Shown in pieces: positions 39,286 through 48,790 of a stretch of 64,000 bases of DNA (the stretch's first letter is position 1; every line of letters begins with the position of its first letter). Origin of the DNA: Nitrospinaceae bacterium. GTDB lineage: Bacteria; Nitrospinota; Nitrospinia; Nitrospinales; Nitrospinaceae. Made by a program: the position numbers and the translations under genes. The stretch is from assembly GCA_965223665.1 (NCBI GenBank), contig OZ245011.1, forward strand, positions 1,696,001 through 1,760,000. The letters run 5' to 3'. The notes beneath the pieces were generated by a model. The model was given only the letters and a program-made list of their open reading frames with translations, was not told the origin of the DNA and searched no databases.

Positions 39286-39696
39286 ATGAATTTTGTAAGT
39301 GATGGAACCTGGAATTGCATTGCATTGATCATTTCCAGTGAAACTAAATCTGTTGAGGAAATCAGCGAAACCTTAAACACTCCGCCCAGTCGATTTGCAA
39401 TCAAAAACCACCCGGTTAGCCAATCCACTAATGGAACACGGGTGTTTCCGGACAACAAATGGATTCTGGACAGCAGCCTTCCGGATACAGAGATGATGGA
39501 AACGCATATGGAAAAAATGATTTCATTTCTGGGAGAAAAACACGAAGAAGTTTTACAACTCTCCAACGATTGTCAAATTGAAATGCGATGCGCGTTTTCC
39601 GTGGTCAATCGACAAGGAGGCTACGTCCTGGAGTCAACGGTGCTCAAAAAGCTGGCCCAATTCCCACTGAACGTGGTCGTTTCCCTGTACTCGTGA
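39286..39696 (+). CDS. DUF4279-like protein
   Basis: EEISETLN..PS...K, W.L.S, G.VL....LKKLA...L.....LY. Confidence 0.6.
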   Translation: MNFVSDGTWNCIALIISSETKSVEEISETLNTPPSRFAIKNHPVSQSTNGTRVFPDNKWILDSSLPDTEMMETHMEKMISFLGEKHEEVLQLSNDCQIEMRCAFSVVNRQGGYVLESTVLKKLAQFPLNVVVSLYS

Positions 39697-39872
39697 GTGC
39701 TGTTTAAGTTTGCAAACATTATTTCCCTCTGCTCCGAGCCACCCTTTCTCCATGCTTCTATAATATTCACTACACATATCGGCAGATCGATAAAATTAAA
39801 ATTACAGACCCATCCACAAGATTCTCATTCAAATTCACTTAATTTCTTACCAAAATTTTTAAGTTTCGTCTA

Positions 39873-39901
39873 TTGACATAATTTCAGATAGCCCCTAACC
39901 T
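39873..39901 (+). promoter_or_regulatory. Possible sigma70 promoter of the DNRLRE array
   Basis: TTGACA-17 bp-TAACCT; the same GTCTATTGACA context occurs at 60695-60705 upstream of the fifth paralogue. Confidence 0.45.
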
Positions 39902-39931
39902 GAGGGAATATAACCTTTTTGGAGGAGGCCC

Positions 39932-41416
39932 ATGAAATTTACCAATTTACTACCAGTATTCCTGATACTGGGTTTCAGCCCCCAGGCGTTTGCCGCAACT
40001 GAGACCATAACTATTGTTGAAGACAGTTACGTCCGTGAAACGTCTCCCAGCAAAAACTATGGTACGGAAACTACCTTAATCGCGGATGGGGTGGCACAAG
40101 ACCCGGATACCGGAACCTACGGTGAAGTGGTCGCCCTCATTCAATGGGACGTTTCTTCCATTCCTGCCAGCGCCACCGTTACCGGGGTTTCAGTTACACT
40201 AAATTATTCCGATGCCAGTGCAGGTCCCTACAACTTTTATGCACAAAATAAAGCTTGGTCAGAAGGCTCTGTTTCCTGGGATGATTTAGATCAAGGCGTT
40301 GATATTTTAGGAACCGTAGATCCCTTTACATTTAATACTGGAACTCATTCCCTGAATGGAGCGGGTATTGCTTTAGTTCAAGGTTGGGTCGATGGTTCCA
40401 TTTCCAATAATGGGCTTCTCCTCCGCAGTAGCGGCACCAATAATGGAATCGTGATGGATTCCAAAGAAGCCGGCGGAACCCCTCCCACATTAGAAATCAC
40501 TTACACCGACGACGGTAGCGAACCTCCTACCATCAATCAACTTCTGACTCGAATTGAACAACTCGAAGCTTTACTCGCTGGTATAAGTCGTAATGGCAAT
40601 GAAATCTATATGGATGGGATTAACTTGAATATCCGAAACGGCCTTGGAGCGACCAATGGGTATCCAGAAAACCCGGATGGTTTTACTCCTGAATATTCCA
40701 GAGTTAATGGACTTGGAAATTTGATCATTGGTTATAATGAACCAATTAATCCCAATAATTTCCCTAAACCTCAACCCACTTCTGATAAGTCCGGTTCTCA
40801 TAATTTGGTAATCGGTCATGGCCATAACTACCCAAGCTACGGCGGTCTGGTCGCAGGACAGGACAACATTATTTCCGGTTCTTATACGAGCGTCAGCGGT
40901 GGTGTTTATAACACCGCTAGTGGGATATTTTCCAGTATCGATGGCGGTGCATTAAATATAACCAGTGGCAGATTATCCAATGTGAGTGGAGGAACTGAAA
41001 ATATTTCCAGTGGGCATTCTTCCAGTGTGAGCGGTGGAAGAAATAATACCGCAAGTGGTATTTGGTCCAGCATTAGCGGTGGAAATCGTAATGTAGCCAA
41101 TGAAGGACATTCCAGTGTGAGCGGTGGAAATAATAATACCGCAAGCGGAGATTATTCCAGCATCAGTGGAGGCCACAATAACACTGCGAGTGGGGGGGCT
41201 TCAAGTGTCAGTGGTGGATCTTTTAATGAAGCGAGTGGAGGAAGTGCCAATATCAGCGGTGGTCTTAGAAATATTGCCAGCGGTGGGAACTCTAGTGTAA
41301 GCGGCGGTGGATATAGCACTGCCAGCGGGTCCACTTCCAGCGTTAGTGGAGGTAATAGCCGGCTCGCACTAAATGCAAGCGACTGGGTGGCAGGAAGTTT
41401 GTTCGAGGACTTTTAA
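39932..41416 (+). CDS. Secreted DNRLRE/CBM96-like + coiled coil + beta-roll repeat protein, paralogue 1 (11 repeats)
   Basis: EDSYV....P..NYG, LIQWDVSSIP..ATV..V...L, LVQGW..G...N.G..L, SKE....P.L.ITY; SxSGGxxNxAxG 15-mers; GGAGG RBS. Confidence 0.85.
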   Translation: MKFTNLLPVFLILGFSPQAFAATETITIVEDSYVRETSPSKNYGTETTLIADGVAQDPDTGTYGEVVALIQWDVSSIPASATVTGVSVTLNYSDASAGPYNFYAQNKAWSEGSVSWDDLDQGVDILGTVDPFTFNTGTHSLNGAGIALVQGWVDGSISNNGLLLRSSGTNNGIVMDSKEAGGTPPTLEITYTDDGSEPPTINQLLTRIEQLEALLAGISRNGNEIYMDGINLNIRNGLGATNGYPENPDGFTPEYSRVNGLGNLIIGYNEPINPNNFPKPQPTSDKSGSHNLVIGHGHNYPSYGGLVAGQDNIISGSYTSVSGGVYNTASGIFSSIDGGALNITSGRLSNVSGGTENISSGHSSSVSGGRNNTASGIWSSISGGNRNVANEGHSSVSGGNNNTASGDYSSISGGHNNTASGGASSVSGGSFNEASGGSANISGGLRNIASGGNSSVSGGGYSTASGSTSSVSGGNSRLALNASDWVAGSLFEDF

Positions 41417-41515
41417 ATTCACTGTCAATGAGCAAGTCTGTCTTTCTCTGGATTCGCACATTAAATTTTTTCCATCACTACTCCAACCACGTTTTTAAAA
41501 AAGGAAAAATCACCG

Positions 41516-42901
41516 ATGAAAATTTTTCTTACTTCAATTCTTGGATTATTTTTATTTTGCTTCTCAAGTAATTCGTTTGCAATCACCGATTCGTTTACCA
41601 ACCCTGAAGATAGTTACGTCCGAGAATCGTCTCCTGATCGAAACTTTGGCGGTGGAGTATTCCTCTATTCTGATGGGGTCTCACAAGACCCAGTTAATGG
41701 AATCTATGGGGAAGCGGTCGCCCTATTGAAATGGGATCTTGCTGTAATCCCCGTAAATTCACAAGTAAATGCCGTAAGCATCACTTTAAATCTAACCAAC
41801 TCAAGTTTAGGTACCTATAACTTACTGGAACAACTTAACTCATGGGATGAAAATACGGTGAACTGGGGGGATCTTTCAACCGGAGCAACTACCCTGGGAA
41901 CACTCTCCGAGGATAGTCCTGGAAATGTGACCCTAAATTTGAATCCTGAAGGTATAGCCTTGGTTCAAGGCTGGGTCGACGGATCCATTGCTAACAATGG
42001 AATCGCCATCCGCACCGCCGGTACTAATGATGGAATAATTATTTATTCCAAAGAGGTCGGCGAATCACCACCAACCTTGGAGGTGACTTATAGCGAAGCG
42101 TCTCCCACTTTAGAAAGTCTCCAGGCCGAAATTAATAACCTCAAAGCTTTATTGGCAGGGGTCACTCGAAGTGAAACCGGAATTCATTTCACGGGAATGA
42201 ATGTTCATATTGAAAATGGTTTAGGAGCAACCAACGGAAACCCGGAATTCCCATACACCATTCAACCTTCTAATACAGTTGTAAACGGCCTTGGAAACTT
42301 AATCATTGGATACAATGAAAAAATTGATCCCTACAATGATGATGGGACACCTGTATCCAATAAAACAGGATCGCACAATATTGTGGTCGGCAAAGGTCAT
42401 AATTACTCAAGTTTTGGGGGAATAGTTGTTGGGTTGGACAATATTATTTCTTCTTCATATTCAAGCATAACGGGAGGGCGTGGCAATACAGCTTCCTCAT
42501 ATTTTACTACTATCAACGGTGGGGGAGGAAATGTTGCAAGCGATTTTTATTCCAGCATCAATGGCGGTTATAAAAATGAAGCATCAGGGATTTATACAAA
42601 TATCCTAGGCGGTTCCTTCAATAAAGCTCAAGGTTCATACTCTAGCATTAGTGGAGGCACCTATAACATTACCGAGGGAATTGGATCCAGCGTAAGTGGC
42701 GGCAACTTGAACAGTACTACGGGTTCCCTTTCCAGTATCAGTGGAGGTCAAAGCAATGTCGCGGATGAATGGTATTCTAGTGTTGCTGGAGGCACGAATA
42801 ATACTTCCAGTGGAAGGTTTTCTCATGTAAGTGGTGGCTCAAATCGAACCGCTGCTGGTGAACATGACTGGGTGGCGGGGAGTTTGTTTGAAGATGATTA
42901 G
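41516..42901 (+). CDS. DNRLRE/beta-roll repeat protein, paralogue 2 (9 repeats)
   Basis: Same architecture; ends DWVAGSLFEDD. Confidence 0.85.
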   Translation: MKIFLTSILGLFLFCFSSNSFAITDSFTNPEDSYVRESSPDRNFGGGVFLYSDGVSQDPVNGIYGEAVALLKWDLAVIPVNSQVNAVSITLNLTNSSLGTYNLLEQLNSWDENTVNWGDLSTGATTLGTLSEDSPGNVTLNLNPEGIALVQGWVDGSIANNGIAIRTAGTNDGIIIYSKEVGESPPTLEVTYSEASPTLESLQAEINNLKALLAGVTRSETGIHFTGMNVHIENGLGATNGNPEFPYTIQPSNTVVNGLGNLIIGYNEKIDPYNDDGTPVSNKTGSHNIVVGKGHNYSSFGGIVVGLDNIISSSYSSITGGRGNTASSYFTTINGGGGNVASDFYSSINGGYKNEASGIYTNILGGSFNKAQGSYSSISGGTYNITEGIGSSVSGGNLNSTTGSLSSISGGQSNVADEWYSSVAGGTNNTSSGRFSHVSGGSNRTAAGEHDWVAGSLFEDD

Positions 42902-42914
42902 TCCAATCCTAAAT

Positions 42915-42942
42915 ACAGACCCCGGTTCACGCCGGGGTTTGT
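42915..42942 (+). terminator. Hairpin after paralogue 2; homologous hairpins near 44695 and 46590
   Basis: acagaccccgg-ttcacg-ccggggtttgt. Confidence 0.6.
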
Positions 42943-42976
42943 TGAGTAAAATTAATGAATAAAAATAGAAATCCCT

Positions 42977-43195
42977 ATGTCCCCTCTTTTTAAAGAGGGC
43001 TGGGGTGATTGACCTCCTGGGGTTTTGCCTTTCATAAAAATAAAAATAGAAAAAGGAAAATTTCCCCCAAGCCGCAGGCTAACGCTTGCCGGTAAAATTC
43101 ATTCTCGATAATTTTTTGGAGAAAGCATTAACGCTACAAACTGCTTGAATATTCCTGCCGCCTCCAATTTCCAGAGTGGTAAAGGAGGAGCACAT
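42977..43195. mobile_element. MITE-like element with imperfect terminal inverted repeats
   Basis: atgtcccctctttt...aaaggaggagcacat; internally homologous to 44753..44967. Confidence 0.55.
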
Positions 43196-43294
43196 GGACC
43201 TCTAATTCAAAAATAACTTCTAAAGACAAATTCAAACCTGAAATGCTTTACATACCTCTTATCAATCACCTTTTCTCTAAAGGACAATTGACTC

Positions 43295-44680
43295 ATGAAA
43301 AGAACCCCTCGTTATTTATTTTTAATCTTATTAATATGGTTATGCATTGTCACTCCCGTGTTTGCAGAAACCAGCACGTTTTCCAACCCACAAGACAGTT
43401 ACGTTCGCCAGTCGTCTCCTACTGCCAATTATGGAGGCGATACGACTCTCATTGCCGATGGTGTCAGCCAGGATCCCGACAATGGAATCTACGGCGAAGT
43501 CGCCGCGCTTCTGCAATGGAACGTGTCTACCATTCCTGCCAGCGCGACAGTGACCTTTGCGAAGATTACCTTAAACCTGACCAATCCCAGTTCCGGGGAC
43601 TACGACATTCTGGAACAACTCCATTCCTGGGATGAGTACACCGTAAATTGGACCGACCTCTCCACAGCGCCTTCCTCCAGCGGAACCATTTCCGCGGGCA
43701 GTTCCGGAGCGGTAACCTTCGATTTAAACAACGAAGGTTTGGCATTAGTTCAAGGCTGGGTCGATGGATCAATTCCAAATAATGGCGTCGCCATCCGCAC
43801 GCAGGGCACGAATAACGGAATCCGAATGGATTCCAAAGAGTTAGGCAGAATAAATCCGATCTTAAAAATAACTTACACCAATGATGGCAGTGGTCCACCC
43901 ACCAACGAGGAACTTCTGGCTCGAATCCAACAGCTCGAAGCCTTACTCGCCGGCGTGAGTCGCCAGGGAAACACAATTCTCTATGAAGGAGTCAATTTAC
44001 AGGTGGTCAACGGCCTGGGAGCCACTAATGGGAACCCTGATAATCCAGATGAAACAGAACTTGAAAATACCTCAGTAAATGGCTTGGGTAATTTGATTGT
44101 CGGTTATAACGAAGACTCTTTGGAACCCGATCATTCTGATAAAACTGGGTCTCATAATGTGGTGATTGGCCATGGGCATATATATACAAGTTTTGGGGGA
44201 ATAGTTACAGGCTTAAACAACACTATCAAGGGCCAATATTCTTCAATAGGAGGAGGCACTCAAAACATTGCAGAAGGTATCTCTTCCCATATTTCAGGAG
44301 GATCCAAAAATAGCGCTGTTGGTTTATATTCAAGTGTTCTTGGTGGTGATAGAAATAGGGCAGGTGGAGATCGTACAACTGTTAGCGGTGGATGGAGTAA
44401 CGCTGCCGGTGGCTCAAACTCCTCTGTTAGCGGGGGCGAATTCAACCGTGCTGTTGGATGGGCTTCAAGCGTAAGTGGAGGTTATTTCAATGATGCACAT
44501 GGAAGTTCTTCTTCTATTTCAGGTGGAGAGACAAACAGGACTTATGGTGATTTTTCCAGTATAAGTGGTGGATCTCATAATGCGGCTAGAGGTGATTTCT
44601 CAAGCGTAAGCGGAGGCAATAGTAGATCAGTTATAGGGGAAAATGACTGGCAGGCAGGGAGTTTGTTTGAAGATGAATAG
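43295..44680 (+). CDS. DNRLRE/beta-roll repeat protein, paralogue 3 (9 repeats)
   Basis: Same architecture; ends DWQAGSLFEDE. Confidence 0.85.
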   Translation: MKRTPRYLFLILLIWLCIVTPVFAETSTFSNPQDSYVRQSSPTANYGGDTTLIADGVSQDPDNGIYGEVAALLQWNVSTIPASATVTFAKITLNLTNPSSGDYDILEQLHSWDEYTVNWTDLSTAPSSSGTISAGSSGAVTFDLNNEGLALVQGWVDGSIPNNGVAIRTQGTNNGIRMDSKELGRINPILKITYTNDGSGPPTNEELLARIQQLEALLAGVSRQGNTILYEGVNLQVVNGLGATNGNPDNPDETELENTSVNGLGNLIVGYNEDSLEPDHSDKTGSHNVVIGHGHIYTSFGGIVTGLNNTIKGQYSSIGGGTQNIAEGISSHISGGSKNSAVGLYSSVLGGDRNRAGGDRTTVSGGWSNAAGGSNSSVSGGEFNRAVGWASSVSGGYFNDAHGSSSSISGGETNRTYGDFSSISGGSHNAARGDFSSVSGGNSRSVIGENDWQAGSLFEDE

Positions 44681-44752
44681 CGCAACCCTTACCGCAGACC
44701 TCGGTTCCCGCCGGGGTCTGTTAAATAAAATTAAAGAATAAAATGGAGGTCC

Positions 44753-44967
44753 ATGTGTCCCCTCTTTTCTAAAGAGGGCTAGGATGATTCACCTTCAAGG
44801 GTTTTGCTTTATAAATAAATAATTAAAGGAAAAATCCCCCCAGCCCGCAGGCCAACGCCTGCCAGTAAAAATCATTCTCGACAATTTTTTGAGGAAATGA
44901 AGTCGTCATAAACTTTTCGAATATTTCTCTTGCCCCCAATCGCTAGATCGGGAAAGGGGGAGCACAT
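44753..44967. mobile_element. MITE-like element with imperfect terminal inverted repeats
   Basis: atgtgtcccctcttttc...ggaaagggggagcacat. Confidence 0.55.
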
Positions 44968-45037
44968 GGGCCACCTATTTTAAGTTTTTGGAATTTTATT
45001 GAATCCATCCACCTTTTCTCCTAAGGACAATTTACTC

Positions 45038-46570
45038 ATGAAAAAGCTTTTTACTTCACTTATAGGAATTATTCTGTTGTGCGTCAGCACTCATGCTTAC
45101 GCCGTGACCGATTCTTTCACGAATCCGGAAGACAGTTACGTTCGCGAAACGTCCCCCACCCAAAACTACGGTACGGAAACCACCTTAATTGCCGATGGGG
45201 TGGCACAAGACCCGGATACCGGAACTTACGGGGAAGTGGTTACTCTCATTCAATGGGATGTTTCTTCCATTCCTTCTACTGCAACCGTTACCGGCGTTTC
45301 TGTCACTCTAAACTACTCCGATGCCAGCGCCGCTCCTTATAATTTTTATGGGCAAAACACTGTATGGTCTGAAGGCTCGGTTACATGGAATGACTTGGAT
45401 CAAGACGCGGATATCTTAGGCAGTGTTCCTCCGTTTAGTTTCAACACGGTTACCCATACATTAAACGCAGATGGCATTGCATTAGTACAAGGTTGGGTCG
45501 ACGGCTCAATTACCAATGGTGGATTCATCCTTCGCAGCGGTGGCACGAACAATGGCATCATCATGGACTCCAAAGAATCCGGCGGCACACCTCCTACCCT
45601 TAAAATTACTTACACTGACGACGGCAACGGTCCACCGACCATCAATCAACTTCTGACTCGAATCGAACAACTCGAAGCTTTACTTGCAGGCGTGAGTCGA
45701 ACTGATAATAAAATTATATTCGAAGGAATGAATGTGCAAATCGTAAACGGACTGGGCACCACCAACGGGAACCCAGATGACCCCGATTCCACTGACCCAG
45801 AGATTACAGTTGTTAATGGGCTGGGCAATCTCCTCATTGGTTATGATGAACCTAAACAACTTGTTTTGGGATCAATTTTTCCATATTCATCGGACAAAAC
45901 CGGTTCCCACAATATTGTGGTTGGAAAAGGCCATAGTTATCCCAGTTTCGGTGGCTTAGTCTCAGGATCCAATAATTTGATTTATGGTCCGAGCAGTTCA
46001 GTGACTGGAGGATATGCAAATATTGCATGGGGCAATTATTCCAGTATCAGTGGTGGAGGATTTGGATATACCGAGGGGAATTATTCCAGCATCACCGGTG
46101 GTTCCGTCAATCGGGCAATAGGCGAATATTCCAATGTAAACGGAGGGATTGAAAACCTTGCCTTAAGTAAATATTCAATTGTAAGTGGTGGATTTAAAAA
46201 TATCGCTGGCGGGGAGGCTGGCACTATTAGTGGAGGCCGAGAAAACGCGACGGGAGGTTTTTATTCCCATGTTTCAGGAGGTTGGAATAATGAAGCATCA
46301 GGTTTTACTGCAACTGTATTTGGTGGAATATTTAATAAAGCAGAAGGGGCCGGCTCCAGTATTATGGGAGGACGAAGCAATACAGCCATTGGAGGTAACT
46401 CGAGTGTTTCCGGCGGAGACAACAATATAGCAAACGGAGTAGGATCTACTGTTAACGGAGGAATCAGTAACACTGCTAGCGGACAATATTCAACCGTAAG
46501 TGGTGGTCAAAACCGAACCGCCTCCGGAGAGTTTGACTGGGTGGCGGGGAGTTTGTTTGAAGATAATTAA
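45038..46570 (+). CDS. DNRLRE/beta-roll repeat protein, paralogue 4 (12 repeats)
   Basis: ATG at 45038 after AAGGA (track start 44999); ends DWVAGSLFEDN. Confidence 0.85.
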   Translation: MKKLFTSLIGIILLCVSTHAYAVTDSFTNPEDSYVRETSPTQNYGTETTLIADGVAQDPDTGTYGEVVTLIQWDVSSIPSTATVTGVSVTLNYSDASAAPYNFYGQNTVWSEGSVTWNDLDQDADILGSVPPFSFNTVTHTLNADGIALVQGWVDGSITNGGFILRSGGTNNGIIMDSKESGGTPPTLKITYTDDGNGPPTINQLLTRIEQLEALLAGVSRTDNKIIFEGMNVQIVNGLGTTNGNPDDPDSTDPEITVVNGLGNLLIGYDEPKQLVLGSIFPYSSDKTGSHNIVVGKGHSYPSFGGLVSGSNNLIYGPSSSVTGGYANIAWGNYSSISGGGFGYTEGNYSSITGGSVNRAIGEYSNVNGGIENLALSKYSIVSGGFKNIAGGEAGTISGGRENATGGFYSHVSGGWNNEASGFTATVFGGIFNKAEGAGSSIMGGRSNTAIGGNSSVSGGDNNIANGVGSTVNGGISNTASGQYSTVSGGQNRTASGEFDWVAGSLFEDN

Positions 46571-46642
46571 TTCAACCCTTATTACACACTTCGGTTCACG
46601 CCAGGGTCTGTTAATCAAATTAAAGAATAAAAATGGTGATCC

Positions 46643-46935
46643 ATGTGGCTCCTCTTTTCTAAAAAGAGCTTTGCATAACTAAGGATTATTGAATAAACAA
46701 ATCCAACAAAAGAACGGAGACCCATGTTCGCCCTCTTTTCTAAAGAGAGTCGGGGTGATTCACATTCAGGGGGTTTGCTTTTTAAATAAATAAGAAAAGG
46801 AAAAATCCCCCCAGCCCGGCCCCCGGCCGGTTGGAGCATTGTTTTGCGATGATTTTATTTCAATGCAATATATTCACAAAGCTTTCGAATATTCCTGCTG
46901 CATCCAATGGCTAGATTGGGAAAGAGGGAGCACAT
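46643..46935. mobile_element. MITE-like element, longer composite copy
   Basis: atgtggctcctcttttc...ggaaagagggagcacat; left half closely matches 12648..12781. Confidence 0.55.
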
Positions 46936-47071
46936 CTACCTTCAATTTTTAAATTATTTTCTAAAGGCAATCTCAACTTGTGGAAAGTTTTTGAGCATTC
47001 GGGTTCCACAGAAACTTATCGGATATCCATTTGGCCTGCGGGCGCTGCCGCTGCCTTCGGGCGTGGCCCGG

Positions 47072-47452
47072 TTAGCCCTTCGCTTCGAAGTCGTCTTCGA
47101 CGAGCTTAGCGGTGCCGTCTTCCTGAACCACCCACAACTCTTTATGAATTACGCCCCTGGCTTTGTTCATTTTCCAACCTGATTTTAAAACAGCGCTTTT
47201 TTCATCGATCACTTCAATTTCCGGGTCTACATATTCCACATCGGCAAAGCCATCGCCAATGAGTTTCGCCCAGAACTCAAGTATCGCCTCGGTACCGTTA
47301 AACGTTCCAAAAGGTCGCGCGTGCATGACGGCGTTTGCGGTATACTGCGCGGCGCAGCCGGCGGCATCTCCGGAGTTAAACGCATTCTTCCATTGCTCGC
47401 TGGCTTGTTTCACTGCATTGAGGACAGCGGTTTTTTGTTCTTCAGTAGTCAT
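47072..47452 (-). CDS. NTF2/SnoaL-like (DUF4440) protein
   Basis: W..AFN.GDA.GCA..Y..NAVM.A.PFG.F.G...I..FW. Confidence 0.85.
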   Translation of the reverse strand: MTTEEQKTAVLNAVKQASEQWKNAFNSGDAAGCAAQYTANAVMHARPFGTFNGTEAILEFWAKLIGDGFADVEYVDPEIEVIDEKSAVLKSGWKMNKARGVIHKELWVVQEDGTAKLVEDDFEAKG

Positions 47453-47522
47453 GAGGTTCTCAAGTGTTTAAGTTTATTGGAATCGATCCGTTGCCCAGAT
47501 CTTTATTGAATGTATAATTTTT

Positions 47523-47954
47523 TTAAAATCCTTCCCAACGAAATTCTTTATTGGGCCCGAGTTTAGAAAAAGGATTATACGCCACTTCCCAAAAGTTTCC
47601 ATCGGGATCGGCGAAGTGCCCCGAGTATCCGCCCCAGAAAACCGTTTCCGCCGCTTTGATAATTTTACCTCCTGCTCTCTCCGCTTCCTGCATCGTTTGA
47701 TCAACCTCCCCTTCTGATCCCACATTGTAGGCAAGAGTGAACGCGGAAACCTTTGGACGCGGTTCGGTCACATTAACTTCCTTCGCAAACTTATCCCAGG
47801 GATACAAAGCCAGCACCATGTTTTGAATATTGTAGGCGACAATTTCTTCGGCCTGGTCTTCGGAGGCTACCTTCCAACCCAGTGCATCGTAAAATGCCCG
47901 CGACTTTTTCATATCAGAAACACATAAAGTAATGAGGCTCACACGTTGATCCAT
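47523..47954 (-). CDS. VOC/glyoxalase family protein
   Basis: RVSLITL.V.D...SRAFY.ALGW, FWGGYSG.FADPDG..WEVAYNP. Confidence 0.92.
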   Translation of the reverse strand: MDQRVSLITLCVSDMKKSRAFYDALGWKVASEDQAEEIVAYNIQNMVLALYPWDKFAKEVNVTEPRPKVSAFTLAYNVGSEGEVDQTMQEAERAGGKIIKAAETVFWGGYSGHFADPDGNFWEVAYNPFSKLGPNKEFRWEGF

Positions 47955-48348
47955 TTTTCAGACTCCGACTTTGGAAAATTATTTTAAGTAGTCCTAATTG
48001 CATTTTTATAAAAACTTTGATGGGACTTTCTGGAGATGGGTTGGTAAATTCATCATCTAAACTTGTTGAAGCGTACTGAATACCTGACGAAGAGTTGCCG
48101 ACACAAGTATAACAATTTTGCAGGTTCGGAACATCCAACCCCTGACAAAAAGGACTCGTAAAAATGTCTAAGGCTCATTAATTTATTTATGATTTACATA
48201 CTCAGGGATTAATCGAATCCCTCCCAAAAAGCACCCAAAAAAAAAGTGGTATCTTCTCGGATATTTTTGAGATAATATGAGGCATCATACACATCAATTT
48301 CCTTTGGGAGAGGGAAAGAAGAGAGGCAAGAACCTTGGGAGGGGAAAC

Positions 48349-48420
48349 ATGTCTCTGGATAAGTGGTTATTCATTTTCTTTATTGCCATGCTGACCATCG
48401 GGTGGATTAAATTCATCTAA
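48349..48420 (+). CDS. Putative 23-aa hydrophobic small protein
   Basis: GGAGGGG RBS, then MSLDKWLFIFFIAMLTIGWIKFI*. Confidence 0.4.
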   Translation: MSLDKWLFIFFIAMLTIGWIKFI

Positions 48421-48520
48421 CGCTGGAGTTGCGTCTAGCCCTTGTTAGTTTCCCTTCCGTTATCATTCCGTTTCAATTTACCTAATTAAAAACTGTGCCA
48501 TTGACCTGGAGGGGGTTCCA

Positions 48521-48721
48521 ATGGGAGATGATCTCAATAAAGATTGGTTCTGGTCTGACGATGCTATCGAGTATTTAGAAGAATTTGAAACCACACTCTA
48601 TAAAGTTATTAGGAAGCATGCTATCAAGCTAGTTCTAGAAGAAAATAAGGAAGTCATTACCAAAGACGACCTGCGAAGTTTCATGAGGAAGGTATTAGAT
48701 GAAATGGATACGTTAATCTAA
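48521..48721 (+). CDS. Small acidic helical protein, histone-fold-like or PCP_red-like
   Basis: GGAGG RBS; WSDDAIEYL...I...AIKL...ENKEVITKDDL. Confidence 0.6.
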   Translation: MGDDLNKDWFWSDDAIEYLEEFETTLYKVIRKHAIKLVLEENKEVITKDDLRSFMRKVLDEMDTLI

Positions 48722-48790
48722 CTTTCCCACAGGGTTCGATTTCTTTGCCCACTTTTGTTTATTAGAATAAAAAACGCTACCTGGATGGAA

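Noticed and set aside
39932-46570. Diversity-generating retroelement or invertase shufflon acting on the paralogues
   Set aside because: No reverse transcriptase or recombinase in the window, no adenine-specific TR/VR pair noticed, and all copies are complete co-oriented genes.
39932-46570. Classical trimeric autotransporter adhesins
   Set aside because: No C-terminal YadA-type beta-barrel anchor; the proteins end right after the repeats.
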